This document shows positions 1-9,426 of a stretch of 64,000 nt of DNA, piece by piece; the first letter of the stretch is position 1; the number at the start of each line of letters is the position of its first letter. Source of the stretch: an uncultured virus (IMG/VR IMGVR_UViG_3300028048_000127) (taxonomy: Duplodnaviria; Heunggongvirae; Uroviricota; Caudoviricetes); IMG/VR virus record IMGVR_UViG_3300028048_000127. One strand, 5' to 3'. The notes beneath the pieces are model-generated. The model was not told the DNA's origin. It saw only the letters and a list, made by a program, of their open reading frames with translations, and ran no database searches. The position numbers and the translations under genes were made by a program.

Positions 1-126
1 TCATTATTTCTTCCTCCTATTTACAAATATATTATATCATATATATTATTGCAAAGCAAGTTTTCCCAGAGCTAACCGTTCCAGCTTGCATTAGCACGGA
101 TCGGCGGACGCTGGATTAACGGGTGT

Positions 127-312
127 AAAAAAAGAGAGGACTGTTTGTGCCCTCTCTTTCGGTAAATCAATTAGTCTGCCTAACCTAGAGACTTTTCGTT
201 ATTAGGGGTTTTGGGTTTTCCTTCCGCACTTTTTGTACCATTTAGTTGATACTCACTGCGACACTAGGACTGGTGTAATGTCGCCTAACCATAAGAGTTT
301 TCTTATCTCTTA
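127..312 (-). ncRNA. Putative ~185-nt non-coding RNA cassette
   Basis: Own promoter (TTGACT at 342-347, TATAAT at 320-325, minus strand), no ORF, internal 9-bp hairpin (258-284), ends in hairpin + T-run terminator (127-157). Confidence 0.55.
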
Positions 313-349
313 CACTTATATTATAGCATATATGCGATATAAGTCAAGT

Positions 350-574
350 TTAACCAAGTATGACGATTTTGTTTGGGTTGACTGTACCTTCTCTACAACC
401 ATTTGAGAACTCGATACATTCTCTAACGGTCTTTGGGTCGCTAGTGAAGGAATAGTAACAACCATGATAACCATTACCTTCCTCGTCGTCAGATAAGTAT
501 ATTTCCTTGTCCAAGAACGACTTATCTGCTTGAGCTAATTTCTTAATGTCTAACAATAATTCTTTTACGGTCAT
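350..574 (-). CDS. Hypothetical early phage protein (SDDEEGNGYH motif)
   Basis: ORF with AGGAG SD inside a cassette. Confidence 0.75.
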   Translation of the reverse strand: MTVKELLLDIKKLAQADKSFLDKEIYLSDDEEGNGYHGCYYSFTSDPKTVRECIEFSNGCREGTVNPNKIVILG

Positions 575-678
575 TTTACGATGCTCCTTTTCATTTTATG
601 AAGTCTTGTTCGTTTGCATTGTTTTGTTAAGTAAATCTTAGAAAATCTACCTTTTGCTGAACCTAAATCATAAATCAT
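571..678 (-). CDS. Small basic hypothetical protein (35 aa)
   Basis: AAGGAG SD directly after a promoter; ATGA overlap with the next ORF. Confidence 0.5.
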   Translation of the reverse strand: MIYDLGSAKGRFSKIYLTKQCKRTRLHKMKRSIVK

Positions 679-833
679 TTTCTTTCTCCTTTACCTTTTC
701 TATATTATATCATATATGATAACGATACACAAGTCTGCTGTCCGCCCAGCTACAGCACGGTACGCAGCGGATCGACGGTTTCCACAACAAAAAAACCGCC
801 ATTGAATTGACGGCCTTTTTGTATTCCTTCTCG

Positions 834-998
834 TTAGAATATTGGTATTTCTTTAATTTGCTCTACCTTAACAAAGTAATAGTTTGCATCCACCATTCGC
901 TTTGCTATTTTAACGGCTCTTGCTTTACTATCAGCATAACATTCACCATTATCGGTATCACCTTTATCTACGATATAAAGTATTCTATAACTAATCAT
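834..998 (-). CDS. Small hypothetical protein (54 aa, MISYRILYIV...)
   Basis: Read by hand; SD-like GAGGG; followed by terminator at 786-817. Confidence 0.6.
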   Translation of the reverse strand: MISYRILYIVDKGDTDNGECYADSKARAVKIAKRMVDANYYFVKVEQIKEIPIF

Positions 999-1131
999 TT
1001 TCCCTCACCTCGTATTTTATAATCTCATAACCATTCACCTCAGCAAAGTAAATGGCTTGTTCGTAATAGTCAAAGTCACTTATGACATCAACATTACCAT
1101 TCTTATCTTTGTAAGTTAATATGTACCTCAT
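991..1131 (-). CDS. Small hypothetical protein (46 aa, MRYILTYKDK...)
   Basis: GAGG SD directly after the cassette promoter. Confidence 0.6.
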   Translation of the reverse strand: MRYILTYKDKNGNVDVISDFDYYEQAIYFAEVNGYEIIKYEVREND

Positions 1132-1236
1132 TCTTTTTACCTCACACATATATTATAGCATATAGAGTATGGAACGCAAGTCCGCTGGCGATGGAATCCA
1201 AAAGCACGGCCATCGGCGATCCGGCTGTTCCTGTAA

Positions 1237-1302
1237 CAAAAAAAGATGTTCCGCAGAACACCTTTTAGCAAAACATTCATAGGGGGTTTTAATTAGGTTT
1301 GT
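1237..1302 (-). ncRNA. Putative small RNA cassette
   Basis: Promoter TTGACT(1331-1336)/TACAAT(1309-1314), then a terminator within ~65 nt; no SD-led ORF. Confidence 0.4.
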
Positions 1303-1342
1303 AGATATATTGTAGCATATCTTACCATTAAGTCAAGTCCGA

Positions 1343-1422
1343 TAAAAAAAGTATTCCATTCGGAATACCCTGAGCAACGAGTAATGTATGAAAGTTTTTT
1401 AAAGGAGCCCATTACTGTTGTA
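1343..1422 (-). ncRNA. Putative small RNA cassette with CTCCTTT in a hairpin loop
   Basis: Promoter TTGACA(1451-1456)-17-TAAAAT(1428-1433); AGTAATG/CATTACT stem; terminator at 1343-1370. Confidence 0.45.
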
Positions 1423-1533
1423 AATAAATTTTATCCAATCCTGATCCAGCTGTCAAGCACGGCGATCAGATGATTTACTGTATCCAATAAAAAAATCAGG
1501 ATTGCTCCTGATTGTTTTACCACCATTGCTTTT

Positions 1534-1881
1534 TTAGAATGTTTCGGGAATATCAAACTCCATTTCAGCATAGGTGTTCCAACCTGATGTAGCACCTCTA
1601 CCTGTTCGTTTCGCTGCACCCTGTTGTTCTAACCATTCGATATAATTTGTTCCGTTTACGATACCTACTTGAACCAATGCACATTTCTTATTTAATGGTC
1701 TATATTGACTACCACAACAAGTTGTGATGTCGTCCCAGTACTCTCTTGTTGAGTTAACCATTATACCGACATACAACGAGTTATCAAATGTGTAATGGTC
1801 AAATGTTAATCGCATACGATATCTACCTAATTTAAATGTTTCTTTTGAAACTTTTAAGTCGCCTTTAATTTGAATTTCCAT
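1534..1881 (-). CDS. DUF4313-like phage protein
   Basis: C-terminal WLEQQG..KRTGR..SGWNTY.E.EF pattern; own promoter and terminator. Confidence 0.5.
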   Translation of the reverse strand: MEIQIKGDLKVSKETFKLGRYRMRLTFDHYTFDNSLYVGIMVNSTREYWDDITTCCGSQYRPLNKKCALVQVGIVNGTNYIEWLEQQGAAKRTGRGATSGWNTYAEMEFDIPETF

Positions 1882-2026
1882 TTCTTCCTACCTCTTGATT
1901 ATATTATAACATATACGGAATAATCGGTCAAGTCCGCATCGGCCCAATCCTCAAAGCACGGTCCGATACCCAACGCAATAAAAAAAGGTGGCTCTTACGA
2001 ACCACCATTGTTTTGTTGCTTTGCGA

Positions 2027-2437
2027 TTAACCTAATTGAACGATATTTCTAAACTTGATGTTATAGACATCAGCGGAATGACTTTCAAGTTTCTTTTCGC
2101 CAATTAACGATACCACCATTGACTTTGAGATTTCTTTTCCATCTTTGATGTACCAAGACTTTGTATTCTTTGTATATGCACTCGCAACTCTTAAGTACAA
2201 CTCTCCTTTGTGTTCAATTACCAAGTTCTCTATTTTCCATTGTCCCCAAGGTAATTTACCACCATCGGTTTTACCTACTCTTTTCATATGCGAGTATGCA
2301 ACTCCTAATCTAATAGTCATTTGAGTATATTTTTTAATACCTTCTCCAAGGTCTTTTACTTTGATAAGATTAGTCCAAGTTCCTTTTTTGATAACTAATA
2401 CTTTATCAAGTATTTCATTTGTAGTCATAGGTTCCAT
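2027..2437 (-). CDS. Hypothetical early phage protein
   Basis: ORF with AAGGAG SD, own promoter and terminator. Confidence 0.8.
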   Translation of the reverse strand: MEPMTTNEILDKVLVIKKGTWTNLIKVKDLGEGIKKYTQMTIRLGVAYSHMKRVGKTDGGKLPWGQWKIENLVIEHKGELYLRVASAYTKNTKSWYIKDGKEISKSMVVSLIGEKKLESHSADVYNIKFRNIVQLG

Positions 2438-2590
2438 TGATTTCAGTTCTCCTTTCCTATCTACACATATAATATATCATATAAGTAATAGTAAGTCAAG
2501 TTTACGCCAGACGCCAGATGAATCAGCACGGCTTGCCAGACGCCAAAATAAAAACGCCCTATTTAGAGCGTCTTATTTTTACCATTTGAT

Positions 2591-2908
2591 TTAGTCGGTA
2601 GTTCTTAGGAAGTATTGCAATTCCTCGCCTTTTAGCGTTTCATTGCATCTCTTATCACAATTCAACCATAACTCGTTATAGAGTCTTGCGAAGTCTTGCA
2701 AATCGGTTTTTCTATACCATTCCCAAATCTTATGATTAAGCACCATTGTTAATTCGGTCATCATCTTATAGTCGGTATTAAGCAATGCCCTTTTATAAGT
2801 ATCTACGATCGCTTTTGCACCAAATCTCTCAGCGATTGAGAAGTCTTCCCAGTAAGTAGTTATTACATCATAACCAAATTCACTTTTGCAGTATTCTTTG
2901 TAAGTCAT
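2591..2908 (-). CDS. Hypothetical phage protein (start MTYKEY)
   Basis: GGGGAG SD before ATG at 2908; promoter at 2932-2961. Confidence 0.8.
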   Translation of the reverse strand: MTYKEYCKSEFGYDVITTYWEDFSIAERFGAKAIVDTYKRALLNTDYKMMTELTMVLNHKIWEWYRKTDLQDFARLYNELWLNCDKRCNETLKGEELQYFLRTTD

Positions 2909-3000
2909 TTTCTTTCTCCCCCTTACACTAATAATATAACATATATGCAATAATAAGTCAAGTTTCGTCAAACCTCAGGGCCAAGCACGGCAACCGGATT

Positions 3001-3260
3001 CCTCAGGTGTCCCTCTACGGTTTCCTCTACAGGTCTTTACCTCTACGTTATTCCTCCTAATAGTCCTCTAAGCAACCTCACTAGTTCCTCATAGTCCTAT
3101 AGTTAGTTAGTACACACTAACTCTTTACGCTACGAGGCAGGACACCCCGGGGGGAGGGGTGGCGAAGAGGTCGGAGGTGGCTATCGTATATGGGTATAGT
3201 CCCCGTCCGATTTTTTTCGAAGTTGAATATATAATACACTACCCGTCCCGTTGCGTCCCG
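3001..3260. other. Candidate genome terminus / packaging initiation region
   Basis: ~8 CCTC units at ~11-13 bp spacing (3001-3100), then ACCCCGGGGGGAGGGGT (3144-3160); non-coding. Confidence 0.4.
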
Positions 3261-3275
3261 TATCGATATAATACA

Positions 3276-3797
3276 CTATATTGCGCGACGTTCCGACCGC
3301 CACGTTCCGACAACCTTAAAATCTTTTTCGATCCGGCCGTTCTGCTTGAGGCAGAATGGGCCTAAATCGGAAAGGGATTTGCTGTTATGTAAAAGATGAG
3401 CGAATACACTTCTAATGTGGTTAAAATCTAAATCTTCGTATTTTATATCTTGAACAAGAGTGATTGAAATAGGATGGAAGAAAGTAAAAGTCACCTTGGT
3501 TTTGTATCCTGAGGTTATTAGATGTCTAAATTCTTCTGGAATCTCATATACCGTAGTCGGTTTTGGATTAGAAGAATTAAACACAAATATCCATTGGCGG
3601 TAAACTTTTATTTTCTTACCGGTATGTTGCTTTCTTTCTAGGAACGCTAAGAAATCCTGAGCTAGAGGATTATCCTGATAGAAAGACGGAGAATGCCCGA
3701 AACGGCGGGCATTAGAAGCGAACTTATTTGCATTATCTATGCTGGAAATTGATGCGCGCTGATATGCTCGTCTGTGATAGTGGGTTTTACTAGACAT
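3276..3797 (-). CDS. Hypothetical protein
   Basis: 173-aa ORF in leftward operon. Confidence 0.7.
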   Translation of the reverse strand: MSSKTHYHRRAYQRASISSIDNANKFASNARRFGHSPSFYQDNPLAQDFLAFLERKQHTGKKIKVYRQWIFVFNSSNPKPTTVYEIPEEFRHLITSGYKTKVTFTFFHPISITLVQDIKYEDLDFNHIRSVFAHLLHNSKSLSDLGPFCLKQNGRIEKDFKVVGTWRSERRAI

Positions 3798-3801
3798 AAA
3801 C

Positions 3802-4371
3802 TTATTTCTTTCTTTTATAATCTGATAATCCTGAGAATTTTATTTTTTGTATTTTTACTGTTTTAGATCCTAAATTAAAATCAGTCGAGGGTTCTTCTTT
3901 GAGGCTTCCAGAATATACTTCTTCTACTACTTTTTCGATGATCGGAGAAAAATGTTCTTCAAGCCACTTTTGTCTTTTCTCTCTTTCTTTGATGATTTGT
4001 TTCTTGCTATCTACGAACCAGTGCGTTTTGTACTCATCAAGCCAAGCGATAAAACCGTCTACTTCACACCACACACCAATACGGATTGCTTCGGAATCTA
4101 CGCAGACATAATCAAACTCGGAATAGACCTTTTTGCTTCTAGAAGTTAGTGGCGTATCGTATCCACCAAATTCTTGGTGATAGAATATACCATAAAAACG
4201 ATCTAGTATATCTAAAACAAATTGATAAGGAAGATCTAAACTCTCTAGGTAAGTTAAAAATAAATTTTGGTCTTCTAAATCATTAAATTGTTTTATATCT
4301 TTGGTGTTTTGACAAAATGGATTTATTAACGCTAACTTTCCTAAAATTGCTAGAGCGTCTTTCTCGTTCAT
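3802..4371 (-). CDS. Hypothetical protein
   Basis: 189-aa ORF with AAGGAAG SD. Confidence 0.75.
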   Translation of the reverse strand: MNEKDALAILGKLALINPFCQNTKDIKQFNDLEDQNLFLTYLESLDLPYQFVLDILDRFYGIFYHQEFGGYDTPLTSRSKKVYSEFDYVCVDSEAIRIGVWCEVDGFIAWLDEYKTHWFVDSKKQIIKEREKRQKWLEEHFSPIIEKVVEEVYSGSLKEEPSTDFNLGSKTVKIQKIKFSGLSDYKRKK

Positions 4372-4528
4372 TCTTCTCTTCCTTTCATATCAGATTTTCT
4401 TTTTTTGTATTTGACTTTACCTTGGCAACAAGGACAAGATCCATGATTGCGACAAGTTGCATCTACTGCCTTTGCTCCTCTATAAGGTTTTCTATGTTCT
4501 TTACCATATTTTATTGCTTTGTCTAGGC

Positions 4529-4888
4529 TCATTGTAAGACCTCTTTCAATAAGTCAAATTCTTCTTGTGTGTAACAAGTGTTTCCTTTTACTTCATTCCA
4601 CTCTCCATATTCTTTAATGTATTCTTCATAGTTTTCGTGCATAAATATGCAGGGAATCAAAAACGGTTTTTCTTTAATAATATCTAATGCCTTATCTAAC
4701 TTATCGGCTTGTTCTAATACGTCGAGAGCAATAGACAAATTGAATGTATCGTCATTTTGAAAATATTGTTCTACATCTTCTATTGCTATTTCTTCTTGGT
4801 CTAAATCATCAAGTTTATCAAACAATTCATTTAATCGTTCTCTTAAATCATCTAATCGGTTAATTAAACCTTGCATATTTACTTTCAT
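4529..4888 (-). CDS. Member of the 'KALE/DIIKEK...TQEEFDLLKEVL' paralog family
   Basis: C-terminus shared with 34279, 36626, 46509 and 46886. Confidence 0.8.
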   Translation of the reverse strand: MKVNMQGLINRLDDLRERLNELFDKLDDLDQEEIAIEDVEQYFQNDDTFNLSIALDVLEQADKLDKALDIIKEKPFLIPCIFMHENYEEYIKEYGEWNEVKGNTCYTQEEFDLLKEVLQ

Positions 4889-5469
4889 TATTCTTCCTCC
4901 ACGTAACCCCATGATTGAGGGGACTTGGTCAATTTATGCTTAAATGTTAAAGGTTTTGTTTTTGGCATAAAGGTTTTACTTACAGTGAATTCGCTCAACT
5001 CTTTTGGTTCATCAAAGATTACGAGATTTGAGATGTGCCAAGCATAACCAAAAGGCGTATAGTCTTTCAAATATTCTGATAATTCAAAATAATCTAGTTG
5101 TGATTTGTTTAATAATTCATTAGTTGATAATGTTTTAGTTCTATAACTTTCGCTATAACCACCAAATTCATTTTCTTGGCTATAAACAATTTCTATTTCT
5201 TCTACCTTATTAAGTGTGAATTTTGCGACTACTCCGCCACTACAAGAATAACCACTTTTATATTGTGAATTGCCACCGACTTCTAATGTATTCGCTACAA
5301 CACAACCTTTGTCGGTCATAATTGCTCTTGGTTTACCTTTCGTACAGTAAATATACACATCAATCGGTAAGTCGCAGTTCGGCGCGGTCTTTCTTATTTC
5401 GATGGTTTTCTTTCCGTTAAGAATATCAGCGACATATTTCGGTTTAATGCTGATTAAAATCGCTTTCAT
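4888..5469 (-). CDS. ASCH/PUA-like domain protein
   Basis: N-terminal ISIKPKY..ILNGKKTIEIRK ASCH motif; C-terminal PQSWGYV. Confidence 0.8.
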   Translation of the reverse strand: MKAILISIKPKYVADILNGKKTIEIRKTAPNCDLPIDVYIYCTKGKPRAIMTDKGCVVANTLEVGGNSQYKSGYSCSGGVVAKFTLNKVEEIEIVYSQENEFGGYSESYRTKTLSTNELLNKSQLDYFELSEYLKDYTPFGYAWHISNLVIFDEPKELSEFTVSKTFMPKTKPLTFKHKLTKSPQSWGYVEEE

Positions 5470-5621
5470 TTTTGTTCTCCTTTGATAATAAAACCACTAT
5501 TGTATTATTGTTGAGTTTCCAATTTTCGATAACAAAACCTTTTTTAATATGTTTATTTACTTCTTTTGTTAACACATTTGGAAGGGAATTAAAAATAAAC
5601 TTATATTCTTTCATATCAATT

Positions 5622-5816
5622 CTAATTCTCCTTCTCCTTATAATTTTTGCAATAGATCTCAGTTTCGCATTTAGGATGGTTTTCAAATATTACTTTTTCT
5701 TTATTTGAACAATAACTTTCATCAATTATACCAAACCATAAACTAAGAAATTTTTTCTCAATAATATTACGGTTTGCGCATTTAGAACAATTATATTTGT
5801 ATACCGATTTAATCAT
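5622..5816 (-). CDS. Small Cys-rich hypothetical protein
   Basis: CxxC plus further Cys residues. Confidence 0.55.
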   Translation of the reverse strand: MIKSVYKYNCSKCANRNIIEKKFLSLWFGIIDESYCSNKEKVIFENHPKCETEIYCKNYKEKEN

Positions 5817-5818
5817 TA

Positions 5819-6067
5819 TTATTTATCCTTCTTTCCGTTAAGTTGCTTATCGATCTCTTTGATGATTTCTAAATCTTCGCGGTTCGATACTTTGCGATAT
5901 ATAATATAGAAGATAATCGCGAGCGCAGCGCATGTGAACGCTAAAGCAATAGACCAAAAGGTTAGAGCCGATTCGTTAATAAAATACGCTATGAACCCAG
6001 GGATGAGATTGATCCAAGAAGCTAACACAAAAATCTTTGTGAATGCTAGATAAAAATTACTCGGCAT
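5819..6067 (-). CDS. Two-TM membrane protein
   Basis: Two hydrophobic segments. Confidence 0.6.
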   Translation of the reverse strand: MPSNFYLAFTKIFVLASWINLIPGFIAYFINESALTFWSIALAFTCAALAIIFYIIYRKVSNREDLEIIKEIDKQLNGKKDK

Positions 6068-6269
6068 TATTGTCTCTCCCGAAAATTTCTTTTGCAGTGA
6101 GTTCTAAACTAAGAGCATTAAGATATTTATTCACAAACTTTAATGTTGGGCAGAACTTACCTTTTTCCATGCGAGAAATTGAAGGTTGAGGAATGCCCAT
6201 ACGTCTTGCGATTTCTACTTGTGAGACTCCTCTTTGCTTTCTTAAATTTGCTAAATCTGTTGTTGTCAT
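6057..6269 (-). CDS. XRE-family helix-turn-helix regulator
   Basis: LRKQRGVSQVEIARRMGIPQPSISRMEKG; SD and promoter upstream. Confidence 0.9.
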   Translation of the reverse strand: MTTTDLANLRKQRGVSQVEIARRMGIPQPSISRMEKGKFCPTLKFVNKYLNALSLELTAKEIFGRDNNAE

Positions 6270-6346
6270 ATTTATTTTTCTCCTTTCAGATTCGGTACGC
6301 TGATATGATAACATATACGGCGCGTTATGTCAAGTTTGTTATATTA

Positions 6347-6580
6347 GCGTGTATGGTTGTGTATGGTTGTGAACGGTTGGTGTATAGTTACGCATCTACA
6401 CTATACACTACGTTGTATAGTTACGATGCGTGAACAGTTTACTCTAAAATTAGTTGTCTTGTATGTGTGTATATGTATATGTACGCGCCCCTAAAGAAAA
6501 ACTATACACATTTTATAACCCTACAACAAGTGTAGGGTGTAAAAATGTAAACTATACACAACTATACACAAACTATGCAC
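6347..6580. repeat. Origin-like element A: convergent arrays of AACTATACAC/GTGTATAGTT iterons
   Basis: GTGTAT(G/A)GTT copies at 6349-6422 and (A)ACTAT(A/G)CAC copies at 6499-6580, at the divergence point of transcription. Confidence 0.65.
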
Positions 6581-6754
6581 TTCTTTTCTGGGGATATAAT
6601 CCCTCTTTTCTATTTCTCCCTTAATAAACCATACACCAAGATATATTTAAAAAAAGTGCTTTGCATTTTTTCGCGTATATGTTTACAATAATAGTAGATA
6701 AAGTTATCGGCGACTTTTTCACCGAGCAATACTCATATAAGCGAGGTAAGACTT

Positions 6755-7507
6755 ATGGACAAAGAAAAAATCTTAGAAGAGGTAAAAGAAGAATCTGATG
6801 TTACTCTTCCATCAGAAGAACCTGCGTTAAGTAGCGAACCGGTACCAACCGAAGAGCAACAGGAAGAAGCGGGACTAGTAGGAGAATCTACATCCGAAAC
6901 ATCCGAAGCGGAACCTGAAGTTATTGAAGAAAGTACTGAAGCGAGCGTTACTGAACCAGTCAGTGAAGAACCACTAACTCCCGAACAAGAAAGCGTCGAA
7001 AAGATGTTAACTCAAAGCCAAGTAGACGAAATAGTGGGCCGTACAAGAACTGAAACTCGAGAAAAGACTTGTAAGGATTTCTACTCTCGTTATGGTGTTA
7101 ACGACGAAGCTGGAATGGACGAAGTTGTTGGAAGATCACAAAAGTACGATTTACTCAGAGAAGACTTTGATCGTGTATCAAGTGAATTAGCTGATGTAAA
7201 AGTACGACTCGCTCTTATGGATAGTGGTATTGCTCCTGAAAGATTCGAAGATGCGAAGTTAATCCTTTCCGGAAAAGGTCTCGAAATCACTCCTGAAAAT
7301 ATTGCAGTTGAAGTCGAAACTCACCCAGAATGGAAGAAAGCGTATGTTGCTGAACCAGAATCAGAAGTAGCTGAAGTATTCAAGAAAATTGAAGATGCTC
7401 CTTCTGCTCCTGTTAGCAAAATCTCAATCTTAGGAAACGAAACTACTCCAAATCAAGTGGAAACTCCGTCAGAACGCGAATCCACAATGAAAATGTTTAG
7501 ATACTAA
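6755..7507 (+). CDS. Capsid scaffolding protein
   Basis: Acidic N-terminus, KMLTQSQVDEIV..R motif, coiled coil, ETHPEW; lies upstream of the capsid gene. Confidence 0.8.
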   Translation: MDKEKILEEVKEESDVTLPSEEPALSSEPVPTEEQQEEAGLVGESTSETSEAEPEVIEESTEASVTEPVSEEPLTPEQESVEKMLTQSQVDEIVGRTRTETREKTCKDFYSRYGVNDEAGMDEVVGRSQKYDLLREDFDRVSSELADVKVRLALMDSGIAPERFEDAKLILSGKGLEITPENIAVEVETHPEWKKAYVAEPESEVAEVFKKIEDAPSAPVSKISILGNETTPNQVETPSERESTMKMFRY

Positions 7508-7525
7508 TTGAAAGGAACAACGTGT

Positions 7526-7930
7526 ATGACACAAGAAGAATTCACAAAACTCGTTGAGTCTCTCAAGGCACAAGGAATGAGCGAAGAAGATATTCTCGGA
7601 ACACTTCTTGATATGTTCAAGGAAGGCAAAGTAGGTCCTGAAGATGTTGAAAAACTAGCTGGATCTATGGGCTACGAAGTTACCGAAGAATTCAAGAAAA
7701 TGGCTTCATCTGAAGAAGAAGGCGCTCCTGAAGGCGAAATCTCCGAAGAAGAAGTTGAAGAAGCTCAAGAAATTCCAGAGTCCAGAGAAGAATCATCTGA
7801 ATCTGAAGAATCTGAAGAAGAGGAAACTGAAGAAGAGTCATCCGAAAGCGAAGGCTCTGAAGAAGAATCCGAAGAATCAGAAACCGAAGAAAAAGAAGAA
7901 GCTCGTAAGTTATACGGACTTGGCGAATAA
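7526..7930 (+). CDS. Highly acidic head-associated protein
   Basis: E/S-rich; ends EEARKLYGLGE; between scaffold and capsid. Confidence 0.7.
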   Translation: MTQEEFTKLVESLKAQGMSEEDILGTLLDMFKEGKVGPEDVEKLAGSMGYEVTEEFKKMASSEEEGAPEGEISEEEVEEAQEIPESREESSESEESEEEETEEESSESEGSEEESEESETEEKEEARKLYGLGE

Positions 7931-8001
7931 TAAACGGAAAAAGAATAAAACAGAGCAGACATAATCGTTACGACCCAGTTTAAAAGAAAGGTTTAATAAT
8001 T

Positions 8002-9312
8002 ATGTCAAACAAAATTGAATTAATTACTAAGTATTCAGAAGAAGCCTTCGACGAAGTCTATCGTTCTGAATCTCGTATTGCCTTACTCGATGGCAATATG
8101 AAAGGAATGACATTTGTCGGTGCAAAAACCGTCAAGATTCCAAAGTGGACCGGTGGTGGTCTCTTCGACTATCAACGTGCCAATACTCCTGCTTCTGGTG
8201 ATTTCTCACACGGAACTGGCTTAGGCAATGGTTACGGATATCAACGTTCCGATATGGGTTATGAATGGGAAACCTTCGAACTCGCTATCGATCGTGGTGT
8301 TCAATACAATGTCGATATGTTCGATGATGAGGAAACCGCAAAGACTTTAGTCGCACGTGGTACTACTCAAGTCAACAAACAAGTCGTTATTCCAGAAATG
8401 GATGCTTACGGCTTTGCTAAAATCGCTTCTGCCGCTACCCTTGGCAACCACGAATCAAGTGATGCTATCGGTGATGGTGCTGGCGAAATTGGTCCAATCG
8501 CGGCCATCAACAAAGGCTTACTTTGGTTAGAAGAAAACGAAGTTGATGCTCTTGACAGCAACCAAATCATCTTCTGCTCACCAAAAATGTTACAAGCCAT
8601 TCGTAACACCTCTGCTAATGGTTTAGTCAAACCATTACTCCAAGGCGAATTCGAAAAGAACATTAAGTTCACCATCGAAGAATATGAAGGACGTAGAATC
8701 GTTTCCGTTCCTCCAAAACGCTTCATGACAAACGTTGTCCTTGGTGCTGGTTTCTATCGTCCAGCAGTCGCTGCTGACGTCGGCGTCGTCCCAACCAGAG
8801 GTTCTGGTTCACACGCTTACACCATTACTGGTGCTTCCGAAGCTATCGACTTCATGATCGTTGACAAATCTGCTGTTGCATTCATTAAGAAATACAACAA
8901 GATCAAAGTCTTTGGTCCAGATGTTGTCCAAGATTATGATGGTTACAAAATCAATGCTCACGTCTATTACGATTTATTCGTCCCAGACAACAAGAGAGTT
9001 GCTCTCTACGTTAAGACCGGTGGATTCGCTGGTACTGTCGCTGCTTCTACACAACTTATCGTTGCCGTTGATGCCGCTAACAAAGCTACTGGCTTTGCAG
9101 TCTTACCAGGTTCAACCTTAACCGATGGCAAACTCTATAAGAGCTCTTCAGCCGTTGCTCTTGGTGCTGACAAATCTGCTTCGCTCGCAAGCGATCTCGT
9201 CACTCTCAACAGCACAGTCCTCGGCGACAACACCACTGTTTACTGCTATGCAGTCAACAACAAAGGTATCGTCGTTGCGGTTCAATCAATCGTCTTACCA
9301 GACATTGCTTAA
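8002..9312 (+). CDS. Major capsid protein with C-terminal extension
   Basis: GAKTVKIPK, DRG..YNVDMFDDEET, V.PEMDAY.FAK, YYDLFVPDNK motifs of Firmicutes phage capsids; high-expression codon bias; terminator follows. Confidence 0.9.
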   Translation: MSNKIELITKYSEEAFDEVYRSESRIALLDGNMKGMTFVGAKTVKIPKWTGGGLFDYQRANTPASGDFSHGTGLGNGYGYQRSDMGYEWETFELAIDRGVQYNVDMFDDEETAKTLVARGTTQVNKQVVIPEMDAYGFAKIASAATLGNHESSDAIGDGAGEIGPIAAINKGLLWLEENEVDALDSNQIIFCSPKMLQAIRNTSANGLVKPLLQGEFEKNIKFTIEEYEGRRIVSVPPKRFMTNVVLGAGFYRPAVAADVGVVPTRGSGSHAYTITGASEAIDFMIVDKSAVAFIKKYNKIKVFGPDVVQDYDGYKINAHVYYDLFVPDNKRVALYVKTGGFAGTVAASTQLIVAVDAANKATGFAVLPGSTLTDGKLYKSSSAVALGADKSASLASDLVTLNSTVLGDNTTVYCYAVNNKGIVVAVQSIVLPDIA

Positions 9313-9326
9313 TCGAAATGCTGATT

Positions 9327-9357
9327 ACAAGGCCCGTTGTAAAACGGGTCTTTTTTT
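9327..9357 (+). terminator. Rho-independent terminator after the capsid gene
   Basis: AAGGCCCGTT-GTAA-AACGGGTCTT followed by a T-run. Confidence 0.85.
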
Positions 9358-9426
9358 ATAATTAACGTTGCGAAACGTTACGCTATGTTTTAAAATAAAA
9401 TTAGCAAAATATTCGGAGGCTAAATT

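Larger units (their letters stand above)
93..2990 (-). repeat. Seven co-oriented copies of CCGTGCT (AGCACGG on +) in GC-rich inter-cassette spacers
   Basis: Exact copies at 93-99, 754-760, 1203-1209, 1456-1462, 1955-1961, 2525-2531 and 2984-2990, each just upstream of a -35 box; all but the rightmost (2984) follow a terminator. Confidence 0.9.

Noticed and set aside
93..2990. CRISPR array or integron attC array
   Set aside because: The conserved core is only 7 bp, spacing is 250-660 bp and filled with genes, there is no attC-like palindrome, and no cas or integrase gene is present
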